Of a stretch of 64,000 bases of DNA, positions 27,648 to 37,324 are shown one piece after another (the stretch's first letter is position 1; each line of letters opens with the position of its first letter). The notes below the pieces were generated by a model. The model had not been told where the DNA came from. It saw only the letters and a list, made by a program, of their open reading frames with translations, and ran no database searches. This DNA is from Alphaproteobacteria bacterium (lineage in GTDB: Bacteria; Pseudomonadota; Alphaproteobacteria; SP197), in the NCBI GenBank assembly GCA_965228895.1, contig OZ245842.1:1824001-1888000 (forward strand). The letters are read 5' to 3'. The translations under genes and the position numbers were made by a program.

Positions 27648-28340
27648 CTACATCAAGTTCAGTTGGCGAAGGCTGGCATGACCGCTGCGCGCGACGACAA
27701 TATGATCGTGTACGACAATCTCGACCGTCTTCGCGGCAGTGACGATTTCGCCGGTCATGGCAATGTCGGCCCGGCTTGGCGTCGGATCGCCGCTGGGGTG
27801 GTTATGAACCAGGATCAATGCCGTCGCACCCAGTTCGATGGCGCGCTTCACCACTTCGCGCGGATAGACCGGCGTATGGTCGACCGTACCCCGCTGTTGA
27901 ACCTCGTCGGCCACCAGGCGGTTCTTCTTATCCAGGAACAGGATACGAAACTGCTCCTTTGCCTCGAAGGCCATGGCAGCGCGGCAATAGTCGATGACAC
28001 TCTCGAAGCTGCCAAGAATGGGGCGCGCTGCGAGCTCGCCCTTCAGCATTCGTGCGGCGGAGGCTTTGACCGTCATCAGCGCAATGGCTGTGTTCTGCTT
28101 GACGCCTTTGACCTCCATCAGCCGTTCCGGTTCGGCCGCGATGACCTCGGCAAAGCTGCCGAAGCGTTCAATCAGGTTCTTGGCGAGTGGTTTGACGTCG
28201 CTTCTGGGAATGGCGAAGGTCAGAAGCAATTCCAGCAGTTCATAGTCGGGCAGGCCTTCGGCGCCGTCGCGCAGAAAGCGCTGTCTCAACCGTTCGCGAT
28301 GGCCATGGTAGTGCGGCGTTTCCTTGGTGCCATCGGCCAC
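27648..28340 (-). CDS. radC: RadC family JAB-domain protein
   Basis: [41 protein letters not shown]; GTG start 28340. Confidence 0.95.
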   Translation of the reverse strand: MADGTKETPHYHGHRERLRQRFLRDGAEGLPDYELLELLLTFAIPRSDVKPLAKNLIERFGSFAEVIAAEPERLMEVKGVKQNTAIALMTVKASAARMLKGELAARPILGSFESVIDYCRAAMAFEAKEQFRILFLDKKNRLVADEVQQRGTVDHTPVYPREVVKRAIELGATALILVHNHPSGDPTPSRADIAMTGEIVTAAKTVEIVVHDHIVVARSGHASLRQLNLM

Positions 28341-28351
28341 GAACTTATGGC

Positions 28352-29170
28352 CTAGACGTAAGGGGGCAGCTCGTGACCGGCGGGCGACAAGGTGAACACC
28401 TCGACGCCATCGGATGTCACGCCGATCGTGTGTTCCCACTGCGCCGACAGAGACTTGTCGCGGGTCACTGCGGTCCAACCGTCCTCAAGGATCAGGACAT
28501 CGGGCCGGCCCAGGTTGATCATCGGTTCGATGGTGAAGAACATGCCTTCTTCCAACGCTACGCCGGCGCCCGGTCGGCCATAGTGCAGAACGTTGGGCTG
28601 GTCATGGAAGACCTGACCGATGCCGTGACCGCAGAAGTCGCGGACGACACTGCAGCGCTCGCTTTCGGCAAAGGACTGGATGGCATGGCCGATATCGCCC
28701 AGAGTCGCGCCTGGCTTCACGGTCTTGATGCCGCGCCACATGCACTCAAACGTTATCTCGACCAGACGCTCGGCTTTGCGTTTGACCCCGCCAACCGGGT
28801 ACATGCGGCTGGTGTCGCCATGCCATCCGTCAAGGATGACCGTGACGTCAATGTTGACGACGTCGCCTTCGCGCAGCGTCTTGTCAGCGCTGGGGATGCC
28901 GTGACAGATGACGTGGTTGATCGACGTGCAGATGGATTTCGGGAAACCCCGGTAGTTAAGCGGCGCCGGTATCGCGCCGTGGTCGACGATATAGTCATGA
29001 CACAGCCGGTCCAGATGTTCGGTCGTGACGCCGGGCGCGACATGGCTGGCGATCATGTCGAGCGTCGAGGCGGCCAGGTGGCCGGCCGCACGCATCTTCT
29101 CGAACGCGTCAGGACCGTGAATCCGGATCTGGGATTCCGGGTTTCGTTCCGCCCGCTTTAGCTGTTGCAT
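28352..29170 (-). CDS. map: Methionine aminopeptidase type I
   Basis: [44 protein letters not shown]. Confidence 0.97.
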   Translation of the reverse strand: MQQLKRAERNPESQIRIHGPDAFEKMRAAGHLAASTLDMIASHVAPGVTTEHLDRLCHDYIVDHGAIPAPLNYRGFPKSICTSINHVICHGIPSADKTLREGDVVNIDVTVILDGWHGDTSRMYPVGGVKRKAERLVEITFECMWRGIKTVKPGATLGDIGHAIQSFAESERCSVVRDFCGHGIGQVFHDQPNVLHYGRPGAGVALEEGMFFTIEPMINLGRPDVLILEDGWTAVTRDKSLSAQWEHTIGVTSDGVEVFTLSPAGHELPPYV

Positions 29171-29192
29171 CGCCGGTCTCCGGCCCCGGGGG

Positions 29193-29891
29193 TCATAAGT
29201 GAAGGGGCACCGCTTTATCTAGGACGATTTCGTCCGGGGTCAATCTACACGAATAGGCAAGGGCCTCAACGCCGCGCGCCATGGCGTCGCGCAGAGCGGC
29301 CGCGTAGGTCGGGTCAATGTCTTCGGCGACGGCGAAGCCCGGGCAGTCCATCCGCTGGATCACATAGAAGACGGCTGCGCGATGGCCGGCCTCGACCATA
29401 TTGGCCAATTCGCCCATGTGTTTGGCGCCGCGCGCCGTGACGGCGTCCGGAAACTCGGCCAGCTTGTCACGTTTCAAATGACAGTTCTTGATTTCGACGT
29501 AGCAGGACGGCCGGCCGGCTTGTTCGAGCAGGATATCGATGCGCGAGTTGACGCCATACTTGACCTCACGCCGTAGCGTTTCATAGCCGGTCAGTTCCGG
29601 CACGGCACCGGCCTCGATGGCCTCGGCGACCAGGCCGTTTGGGTGGGACGTGTTGATGCCGACAAGCCCGCCATCGGCATGGGCCAGTTGCCAATCCCAT
29701 TTGAGCTTGCGTTTGGGATTGTTGGCCGGCGACAGCCAGGTCTCCATGCCCGGTTCCTTCAGGCCGATCATGCCGCCTGGATTGGCGCAATGGGCGGTAA
29801 CCGTCTCGCCCGATTCCAACTCGTGATCGGACAGAAAGCGTTTGTAGCGCTTGATCAGCCGGGCTCGCTCGAGAGGGTAGGGGAACTGCAC
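29193..29891 (-). CDS. sfsA: SfsA DNA/RNA nuclease
   Basis: RYKRFLSD, HCANPGGM, SRIDILL, YVEIKNC, FPDAVTARGAKH. Confidence 0.95.
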   Translation of the reverse strand: MQFPYPLERARLIKRYKRFLSDHELESGETVTAHCANPGGMIGLKEPGMETWLSPANNPKRKLKWDWQLAHADGGLVGINTSHPNGLVAEAIEAGAVPELTGYETLRREVKYGVNSRIDILLEQAGRPSCYVEIKNCHLKRDKLAEFPDAVTARGAKHMGELANMVEAGHRAAVFYVIQRMDCPGFAVAEDIDPTYAAALRDAMARGVEALAYSCRLTPDEIVLDKAVPLHL

Positions 29892-29906
29892 CGCAGGTGC
29901 TCCAAA

Positions 29907-30431
29907 CTATGGCGCTGGTTGAACCGAGGGTTGGAAGATCATGCCGGGCTCATCAGGTGGCGGTTTTTCCGGAAGTGCCGGCTGAGGCTCGGCGTAGAAC
30001 ACGAGGCCGGAGCGTTCCTCGATCGTCGCATCTTCTTTGGACAGCCTCACCATGACGTCAGTCGCCATTTCCTGCGCCGTATCTGCGGCTTCCTTAAGCC
30101 TGACAGCGGTGTCGCGGTCCCAGTCCAGCACATAGGCGCGCGGCTCGATCTCGCCCTCGTGGCGCAGCCAGATATAGATTGCCACACCTTCGCGAATATC
30201 GGCGCCGACCAGCACAGCACCCTGATGAAAATCTCTGAACCACTCCATGGTGATTGGCTTGGGCCGGCCCATCAATCCCATGGCATCGATATACAGAAGC
30301 GGCACGAGAACCGCCAGCGCGCCAAGCGCGGCCAGCTTGCGCCACAGCTTGCCGCGCGCACGGATCGCCGACCAGGCCAGTATGGCCATCAGCACAAAGG
30401 TCGCGGCAAAAAGACCGGTCACGAAATCCAT
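29907..30431 (-). CDS. Uncharacterised membrane protein (2 TM, Pro-rich C-terminus)
   Basis: Two N-terminal hydrophobic helices, GRPKP, AIYIWL, EPRAY, tail PQPALPEKPPPDEP; starts 2 bp after upstream stop. Confidence 0.75.
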   Translation of the reverse strand: MDFVTGLFAATFVLMAILAWSAIRARGKLWRKLAALGALAVLVPLLYIDAMGLMGRPKPITMEWFRDFHQGAVLVGADIREGVAIYIWLRHEGEIEPRAYVLDWDRDTAVRLKEAADTAQEMATDVMVRLSKEDATIEERSGLVFYAEPQPALPEKPPPDEPGMIFQPSVQPAP

Positions 30432-30433
30432 GA

Positions 30434-31057
30434 CTACAGCCGTTCGCCTTCGTCCGGTACACGCAGCGGTTTGTAGAGATCGTTGACGGTGAACGGCAGC
30501 AGCCCGCCGGCCTGATTGAGCTCGAACCGGAACACCGTGAGTTCCTGGTCTTCGCGCACCAGCTCGACCTTGGACAGCAGGATCTGTTGCGCCGGTTTGT
30601 CGGGCGAACGTTTGACGCTGACCATCGCCACGACCTCGATTGGCCAATCGGCGGTATGGTTGCGGTACATGTGGACGTTGACGGCGTACTCGCCCTCCGG
30701 AACGCCCCGGCTATAGGCCATTTCGTAGTTCATCGACGTGACGTCGCGAAAATGGCCGAGGTCGTCGCGCAACAGGTCAAAGATGACGCCGCCCCGGTTC
30801 GAGTAGCCCACCGGCACGTCGCCTGGACCCTGGACCCATAGATCGACATCGGCATCGACATGTTCGCGCCAGCGGATCTCGACGATCACGTTGCCGGGCG
30901 CCATCAGGTCGGCCTGCTTTTCCTCCGGCGGATTGACGTGGGGCAGAAGCAGAATGACGAGCGCCACGAACCCGAGCAGGGCGAGCATGATGACGTCGCG
31001 GAAGACCGTGCCGCCGGCATCCTCATCGAGCGGATCAAGCGCTCGCACGAGCCTCAC
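30434..31057 (-). CDS. Uncharacterised single-TM protein with MotB/ExbD-like TM Asp and YfaP/DUF2135-like soluble domain
   Basis: VFRDVIMLALLGFVALVILLLP helix, then W...DADVDLWV.GP, RDDLG, GEYAVNVHMY; start may be GTG 31048. Confidence 0.7.
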   Translation of the reverse strand: MRLVRALDPLDEDAGGTVFRDVIMLALLGFVALVILLLPHVNPPEEKQADLMAPGNVIVEIRWREHVDADVDLWVQGPGDVPVGYSNRGGVIFDLLRDDLGHFRDVTSMNYEMAYSRGVPEGEYAVNVHMYRNHTADWPIEVVAMVSVKRSPDKPAQQILLSKVELVREDQELTVFRFELNQAGGLLPFTVNDLYKPLRVPDEGERL

Positions 31058-31733
31058 CCAATTCGACGACTGCGGCGATCAGGCGAACCGTGCCCGTTGC
31101 CAACAATTGATAGTTGGCCATCAGCCAAATGTTGAACACGGCGCCCACCAAGGTCGTCATGAGGGCCGTCGACATGCCCTGGATCAGCGTCGTCACCATG
31201 GCCGAAATCTTCTCGGTTTCACCGACCGTTTCGGGGTCGACACCGCTCAGCGCAATGATGAAACCAATGACCGTGCCAATCAGCCCCAGAAACACAAGAC
31301 TGTTGCCGATATGGCGTACCAGGGTGATCCGCTGGCTCAGTTTCAGTCGCAAGGACGACCCAAGGATCTGACGGCTCTGCGCGTCCTTGCCCGCGGTCTT
31401 CTCGAGATAGGAGGCGGCAATCGAGCCGGCTACCGGATCGGCTTGGCGGGCCCGGTTGATTTCTCGGCTGGTCTCGAAGACGTGCCAGCAGGCAAGCGCA
31501 AGACCGACCACAAATACACCCGCAATCACCAGGACAAGGTGGGTGCTGTCCGCCTGGACCACCCGTGATACCAGGCCACCGCCCCAAGCCGCGACCAACA
31601 GGGCAAGGGCAATGACGTTGAGCAGGCCAAACCGTAACAAAAGTAGGTAACTATAGGGATCATTGGCGGAATCGAGGCTCTGATCCCCGCTAATCGGGGC
31701 AGAACCCGGCATTTCTTCGGTGGTGGTCGTCAT
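31035..31733 (-). CDS. MotA/TolQ/ExbB proton channel family protein
   Basis: LVFLGLIGTVIGF and GMSTALMTTLVG signature helices; two additional N-terminal TMs. Confidence 0.9.
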   Translation of the reverse strand: MTTTTEEMPGSAPISGDQSLDSANDPYSYLLLLRFGLLNVIALALLVAAWGGGLVSRVVQADSTHLVLVIAGVFVVGLALACWHVFETSREINRARQADPVAGSIAASYLEKTAGKDAQSRQILGSSLRLKLSQRITLVRHIGNSLVFLGLIGTVIGFIIALSGVDPETVGETEKISAMVTTLIQGMSTALMTTLVGAVFNIWLMANYQLLATGTVRLIAAVVELGEARASA

Positions 31734-31864
31734 GGCCGCCCCGGCTATTGGTCATAAAACCACTATAACGGCCGCCCGCAAGCGCACCAATCCAAGCTTT
31801 GTTGATCGCTGCGGGAGCGCGCCCTTGTTGCGCCGGCGCGCCTGCTGGGGCATGAAGCGGCCAT

Positions 31865-31977
31865 CTAGAGCAGATCCCATCAAAGCCGGTGAATCTGCTC
31901 TACTCATAGATAAAGAGCGGATTCACATGGTGAGGTGGAGCCGTCAGCAGGTTCCACCTCACCATGATCCGCTCTAG
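31865..31977. repeat. RIME/Bru-RS/CIR-like intergenic palindromic element (113 bp)
   Basis: Ends CTAGAGCAGATC...GATCCGCTCTAG (11/12 IR); hairpin TAGAGCAGAT/ATCTGCTCTA and a 14-bp perfect stem CATGGTGAGGTGGA/TCCACCTCACCATG. Confidence 0.8.
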
Positions 31978-31990
31978 CGCCGGAGCCAGC

Positions 31991-32752
31991 ATGTCCGACA
32001 CCATTACCGCCGCCGTCCTGATCATCGGCAACGAAATCCTGTCGGGCCGCACCCAGGACGCCAACCTGGCTTATCTGGGCAAAAGCCTGAATGAGATCGG
32101 CATTCAGCTCAAAGAGGCCCGCGTCGTGAGCGACGACGAGGCCGAGATCGTCGACGCGGTCAACGCGTTGCGGGCGCGCTACGACTATGTCTTCACCACG
32201 GGCGGGATCGGGCCGACCCATGACGACATCACGGCCGACAGCGTCGCCAAGGCGTTTGGCGTTGGCATCGATTACCACCCGGAAGTCTATGAGGTCCTGA
32301 AAGCCAACTTTGAAAGCCGTGGCATGGAAGTGAACGAGGCGCGCATGCGTATGGCGCGTGTTCCCGACGGCGCCAAGTTGATCGACAACACGGTGAGCCT
32401 GGCGCCGGGATTCGAGATCGAGAACGTCTTTGTGCTGGCCGGCGTGCCGTCGATCGCACGCGCCATGTTCGATGGCGCCAAGAACCGACTGCGGCGCGGT
32501 GCGACGGTGTTGTCGCGATCGATCCGGGTCCATGTCGGGGAGGGGACGGTGGCGGCCGACTTGGCCGAAGCGCAGGCCGTGTTCCCCGATGTCGATATGG
32601 GCAGCTATCCCTGGTCGGAAGACGGCAAGTACGGCACCAGCCTGGTCCTTCGGTCAATCGACCGGGAACGCCTTGACCTTGCTTTCGATCACGTCTTCAA
32701 GCTGACCGAGGCGCTTGGCGGCAAGCCCCACGAGGAACCGGTCGCCGACTAA
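31991..32752 (+). CDS. CinA-like molybdopterin-binding domain protein
   Basis: IIGNEILSGRTQDAN, TGGIGPTHDDIT, LAGVP, GSYP. Confidence 0.92.
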   Translation: MSDTITAAVLIIGNEILSGRTQDANLAYLGKSLNEIGIQLKEARVVSDDEAEIVDAVNALRARYDYVFTTGGIGPTHDDITADSVAKAFGVGIDYHPEVYEVLKANFESRGMEVNEARMRMARVPDGAKLIDNTVSLAPGFEIENVFVLAGVPSIARAMFDGAKNRLRRGATVLSRSIRVHVGEGTVAADLAEAQAVFPDVDMGSYPWSEDGKYGTSLVLRSIDRERLDLAFDHVFKLTEALGGKPHEEPVAD

Positions 32753-32836
32753 GCACGGTCGGATTATTCTGCGTGTCGGGCGTGTCGGCGCGCATCTCGG
32801 CTTGCCTTGTCGAGGCTGCCACTCTATTCGTTGGTC

Positions 32837-33256
32837 ATGGCCCGTCGATTCACAACCCGGCGTTTTCGCAAGCTAGGCGCGTGGCTCGCCATCGTCGCGA
32901 TGGCCGCTCATGTCGGCCTTGCCGCGATGTCGGGTATTGCCATGGCGGCCATGCCCGACAGCGAGACACCGGACGATTGGCCGTTCGGCGCTTTCGTCAT
33001 CTGTACGCCCGACGGTGTCCAGCTCGGCGGATCGGCTGATGCCGATTCATCGTCGCAGGCAAACCCGGGCGATCATTGCGGCAGCTGCATTACGGCCTGC
33101 TGCGCCGGGATGGGCTGTGAACGTGCCGGTGGTGCGCTGGTGCTGCGCCAACCGCTGGGCCATGCGGTCGCCGGTTGGCCGGCCGTTGGCCGGCATCTCG
33201 CAAAACCCGCCCCGACTGCGATCCTCGGCAGTCGCGGACCGCCGCTCTCCGCTTAA
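32837..33256 (+). CDS. DUF2946 family protein (CruR-like leader)
   Basis: Basic N-terminus plus TM, VICTPDG, HCGSC CxxC motif, C-terminal SRGPP; precedes a copper chaperone gene. Confidence 0.8.
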   Translation: MARRFTTRRFRKLGAWLAIVAMAAHVGLAAMSGIAMAAMPDSETPDDWPFGAFVICTPDGVQLGGSADADSSSQANPGDHCGSCITACCAGMGCERAGGALVLRQPLGHAVAGWPAVGRHLAKPAPTAILGSRGPPLSA

Positions 33257-33336
33257 GAAACCTAGCGACCTTATGTGCGCCGCCGGGCTTTTCAAGGCCA
33301 AGGTGACGGCGCCTGGACTCTCTGCGGAGTTAAGTC

Positions 33337-33855
33337 ATGTACAAGTCTGTTGTGCGAGGCGCAGCCGTCGCCGCACTCATCCTGACGTACACTGGCGGCG
33401 CGCTCGCCATCGTTTTTTTCGCCTTGCCCGCTTCGGCCCACGACTATGAGCATGGCGACCTCACGATCATGCACCCGGTGGCGCGCCCCTCCATGGGGGC
33501 GGCCGCCAACAGCGCAGTCTATCTGACCATCGAGAACGCGGGCGAGGACGATCGCCTGGTTGCCGTGTCGAGCGATGTCGCTGAACGCGTCGAATTGCAC
33601 ACGACGATCATGGAAGACGGCGTTTTAAAGATGCAAGAAGTGGAGGAGGGCATCGCCGTTCCCGCCGATGACAAGGCGATGCTCGAGACCGGCGGCCACC
33701 ACGTCATGCTGATGGGGCTGGCCGAGCCGTTACGGGTCGATGACAGTTTCGTGCTGACGTTGGAGTTCGAGAACGCCGGTCCGATCGAGATCGAGGTGAT
33801 TGTGGTTCACCCCGAGGAACTGGGCGAAACCATGCATATGGAGAGCCATGATTAA
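33337..33855 (+). CDS. Periplasmic copper chaperone PCu(A)C
   Basis: AVYLTIEN, DRLVAV, ELH-x10-M and GGHHVMLMG copper ligands; His/Met tail. Confidence 0.92.
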   Translation: MYKSVVRGAAVAALILTYTGGALAIVFFALPASAHDYEHGDLTIMHPVARPSMGAAANSAVYLTIENAGEDDRLVAVSSDVAERVELHTTIMEDGVLKMQEVEEGIAVPADDKAMLETGGHHVMLMGLAEPLRVDDSFVLTLEFENAGPIEIEVIVVHPEELGETMHMESHD

Positions 33856-34071
33856 CCACGGCGGAGCGGGTTAAGCCCAGGCGCACAATCGTGTCGCTGG
33901 AGTTTGGCGCACTGTTCAAGCCGGGGCAGAGGGGGCTTCTTGATCAGAAAGTGGGCACACGCTGTCGACGCTGACACAACCTAGGCGGACAATGTCGGGC
34001 TGATTGACCAGTATCGTTCCCATGCTGGAGGGCCTACCTTTCGCCGGATGGCGAACAGGAGTTAGGCCAGG

Positions 34072-34881
34072 ATGTCAGTTGCGCACGCCCAGTTCGTTGG
34101 TTCGATCCCAGAAAAGTATGAGGAGAACCTCGGTCCGCTGCTCTTCCACTTTTATGCCGAAGATTTAGCCAGCCGGGTCGCGGTCGGCCAGAACGGCAGG
34201 GTGCTGGAGACAGCCTGCGGCACGGGTATCTCGACCGAGTTCCTGCGTCGAGCGCTGCCGGACAGCGTCAAGATCGTGGCCACTGACCTCAACGAGCCCA
34301 TGCTTGAGGTTGCGCGGGCAAAACGCCGCGAACTGAACAACGTCGTGTTCGAAGAAGCGAATGCGTTGGCGTTACCTTATGACGACGCATCCTTCGATGT
34401 GCTCTTGTGCCAGTTCGGACTCATGTTTTTCCCGGACAAACTGGCCGGGCTTCGGGAAGCCGCCCGCGTCCTTAAGCCGAAAGGTCAGTTGTTGTTTAAT
34501 GTATGGGATTCACTCGATTGGAATCCTATTGCCCAAATCGCCTTCGAGACGATCGCGACGTTCTTTGACGAAGACCCACCGACCTTCATGAAGACCCCGT
34601 TTGGCTGCCACGACATCGACCCCATCAAGGGCATGCTTCACGACGTGGGCTTCGCCGATGTGCAGATCAACGTCATACGGACGGTAAGCGAAACGCCGTC
34701 GGCCAGGCATGCCGCGGAGGGGCTGGTCACTGGCAATCCGAACATTGTGGAAATCCAAGACCGCGCGTCTGCGCCGCTTGAAGAGGTGATCGGCGCGGTC
34801 ACGGATGCGGTGCGGAAAGAGTTCGGCGACGACCCGATGCGCGCGCCGATGCAAGCGATCGTTTTTTCGACGTTTCGATAA
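34072..34881 (+). CDS. Class I SAM-dependent methyltransferase
   Basis: VLETACGTG, TDLNEPML, FDVLLCQFGLMFFPD, RVLKPKG. Confidence 0.92.
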   Translation: MSVAHAQFVGSIPEKYEENLGPLLFHFYAEDLASRVAVGQNGRVLETACGTGISTEFLRRALPDSVKIVATDLNEPMLEVARAKRRELNNVVFEEANALALPYDDASFDVLLCQFGLMFFPDKLAGLREAARVLKPKGQLLFNVWDSLDWNPIAQIAFETIATFFDEDPPTFMKTPFGCHDIDPIKGMLHDVGFADVQINVIRTVSETPSARHAAEGLVTGNPNIVEIQDRASAPLEEVIGAVTDAVRKEFGDDPMRAPMQAIVFSTFR

Positions 34882-35005
34882 GGCTGAGCGGCCCGTGCAT
34901 TTGGCTCCTCTGAGATAACTGTAGCCGTCACCGCAGCGTCCAGACCGGTTTCACGAGCGGATACAGAAAACGCCGGTCCGACCTCGCTGTTCGTGGGTGC
35001 GCCCC

Positions 35006-35473
35006 CTAGAAAATGCCCGCCTCCAGGCCCGCGGCCATCAGCGTGCCGAGCTCTTCGCATTGACCGACGAACGCCTCCTGAAAGTCGCCCTTCAGGACCA
35101 GCGGCTCGTTGACCGCGCGCCATCGCAGGCCGGTCGTGATGGTGTCGATGGCGCGCCTTGTGCCCGTACCGTCGTGGCCGGCGCGGATGTAGGCGGCATA
35201 GGGCAGGCCCTGGGTTTCCTCCAGGCAGGGGTAATAGCAGCGGTCGAAGAAATCCTTCAGGGCGCCGCTCATGTAACCGAGGTTCTCGGTCGTTCCCAGA
35301 ACGATCGCACTGGCCGATTTGACGTCGTCGGGCATGGTTTCGAATGGCGTCTGACCCTTTATCGCGATCCCTTCTGCCTCCAGCGACCGGGCGCCGGCCA
35401 TCACCGCCTCGAACAGCCGTGTCGTGTTGGGCGAGGGGATGTGGGCGATGACCAGCAGCGTCTTGGCGGTCAT
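35006..35473 (-). CDS. Flavodoxin-like NAD(P)H-dependent oxidoreductase
   Basis: [30 protein letters not shown]. Confidence 0.85.
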   Translation of the reverse strand: MTAKTLLVIAHIPSPNTTRLFEAVMAGARSLEAEGIAIKGQTPFETMPDDVKSASAIVLGTTENLGYMSGALKDFFDRCYYPCLEETQGLPYAAYIRAGHDGTGTRRAIDTITTGLRWRAVNEPLVLKGDFQEAFVGQCEELGTLMAAGLEAGIF

Positions 35474-36222
35474 GGCGCCTTGCTCGCGTGCAGGTCGATC
35501 TCCCAGCTTGCGGCATCGCGCAGATAGGCTTCGGGGTCGTGGGCCCTCAATTCATAGACCTCGCGCAGCGGCCGGCAATCGTCCAGCAACTGACGCAGCT
35601 TGCCGACGGCGCTGGCATCGTAGTCGACCCTGAGATCCAGCACGGCCGAACGGCCGCCGCCATAGACGAACGGGTCGGCGTCAGCCCGGAATACACGGAC
35701 AAAGGCCGAGAGTTCGGGTTCATGATGGCCCTCGTTATTGGCCTGGCCGCCGGCATCGCGGCCGCCTTCAAGGGCGCGCACCAACCGTTCGGCGAGCGGT
35801 TCATCGGGTGCGGCGGCAAAACCCGCGGCCATGCCCGCGACCACGTCGGGCCCGGCCAGCATGTTGCCGAAAACCAGAAAACCGTCGCCGGTCACATGCC
35901 CTTTCCAGTCAGACGCCTTGTCGCCGGTGTAAACAAAGCTGCCGCCGTCTTTCGCCAGGACGCCGAGCTGTCGATAGGCGAGGTGCGGGTCAAGCCGGGC
36001 GAGCGCCGGTTCCAGGTCGCTGATCGGCGCGCCGGCGGCCAGCAGATCGCCGGCCTCGAAACCGAGGCCGGGCCTTGCGACGGCCTGGGAGGCGACCATC
36101 CACTCGTTCGCGCCGGCCCGCACCCACTGGCCGAGCCTGGCGCCGACCGCGATCGATACGGTGGCCGATGCGATGCCGATTTCACCGGTCGTTCGGCAGG
36201 TTCCTAAGACAGTGAACGTCAT
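35470..36222 (-). CDS. DUF1028 family (Ntn-hydrolase-like) protein
   Basis: MTFTVLG...[40 protein letters not shown]. Confidence 0.85.
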   Translation of the reverse strand: MTFTVLGTCRTTGEIGIASATVSIAVGARLGQWVRAGANEWMVASQAVARPGLGFEAGDLLAAGAPISDLEPALARLDPHLAYRQLGVLAKDGGSFVYTGDKASDWKGHVTGDGFLVFGNMLAGPDVVAGMAAGFAAAPDEPLAERLVRALEGGRDAGGQANNEGHHEPELSAFVRVFRADADPFVYGGGRSAVLDLRVDYDASAVGKLRQLLDDCRPLREVYELRAHDPEAYLRDAASWEIDLHASKAP

Positions 36223-36304
36223 GGCGTCGGGCTCCGCGATCCTGTTCCCAGCCAGCCTATCATGGCCGGCCCAAACATGCGGAAGAGCGCGGCACTTGCC
36301 ACGG

Positions 36305-36382
36305 AAAAGGCCCGGACCCACGGAAATGGGCCCGGGCAAGTGGAGGATTGGTACTCACGCCAACCGCCTCGGTCAGCGCTGT
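36305..36382 (-). ncRNA. Candidate small RNA (5' hairpin, exposed UCCUCC, intrinsic terminator)
   Basis: Minus strand: CGCTGACCG-AGG-CGGTTGGCG hairpin, AATCCTCCAC, then GCCCGGGCCCA-TTTCCG-TGGGTCCGGGC-CTTTT. Confidence 0.45.
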
Positions 36383-36492
36383 CCTTTTTAGCGGGGTTGA
36401 GCTTTGCGGTCGCGGGCAACAAAGCCCAAGGGCTGCACTTTGGAGTTAGCCGAGCTGATCTTTTGAATCCTGTCGTGGGGCCCAGCGGATCC

Positions 36493-36942
36493 TCAGACGC
36501 CGCACTTTTCCTTGATCAGCTTCAAGATGATGCGTTCGACAAAGAGATCCTGTTCGTTCTGTATTTCGCCATTCGCGTAGCGCTCGCGCAGGTCATCGAG
36601 CCGTTCAGAGAAGTGGTAGTAACCGCCGTCGCGGTCGTCGACCGAGCCGGAGAAGTACTCGCCTACGCAGTTGGCCTTCTGGTTGTCGTGTTTGACGTTG
36701 TTGAAATAGTAGATCATCTCGAAAACCGTCGTTGTGACGACCTCGATCTGCTGTTCCGACGACATCTGCTCATATTCCGGCAGGGGCGTCATGAAAAGCG
36801 CCCGCGCCGGCGTTGCCGCGAGGCCCAGCGCCAGGACCAACAGTCCGGCGGTGAGGGCGCGGGGCACCCAGGTGTGGCGGATTGTGCTGGGGTCACCCGA
36901 TGTGGACGCGGGAGGCCCGCTGTCCGGCAGAAAATGGCGCAT
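36493..36942 (-). CDS. Hypothetical secreted protein
   Basis: Hydrophobic signal (..ATPARA) then an acidic helical domain with two Cys; no family recognised. Confidence 0.6.
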   Translation of the reverse strand: MRHFLPDSGPPASTSGDPSTIRHTWVPRALTAGLLVLALGLAATPARALFMTPLPEYEQMSSEQQIEVVTTTVFEMIYYFNNVKHDNQKANCVGEYFSGSVDDRDGGYYHFSERLDDLRERYANGEIQNEQDLFVERIILKLIKEKCGV

Positions 36943-37324
36943 CGTCAGGGATTACCGTCTGGGTTCTGTTGCCTGGATGTGTTGTCGCCGCCTTTTCGGT
37001 GCAAGGCGTCGCGCGAGTTTATCCCAAAGCCAGTCGCGACCAAACAGCTCATGGGTGGATGTTGCCGTTCTCATGAGGTTATGCCGGCATCACTTTTCGT
37101 TCGCGATCAAGAGGTTAGGGCGCGCGCCGCCGCTTTTGGCATAGCTTGCCACAGGCAGCCGCCGCCGCGGCGCTTCCGGGGAACGGAAACAACAGAAACA
37201 ATAATTCTGGATTCCTGTTGTCGCCCAGAAACCTTGGCTGCCTATCTCTTTGCCTTGACGCCCGGGCGTACCCGCCCGGCAACGGTATCCGGCGCCGCCT
37301 GAGCGCCGCGCCAAGGAGGAAACG

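Noticed and set aside
27648-28340. radC as a mobile-element marker
   Set aside because: Full-length chromosomal type in the housekeeping map-sfsA context.
30434-31733. Zorya ZorAB or flagellar MotAB
   Set aside because: A lacks the long ZorA tail, B lacks a recognisable OmpA-like domain, and no zorC/D/E or flagellar genes are nearby; reported instead as an unassigned module.
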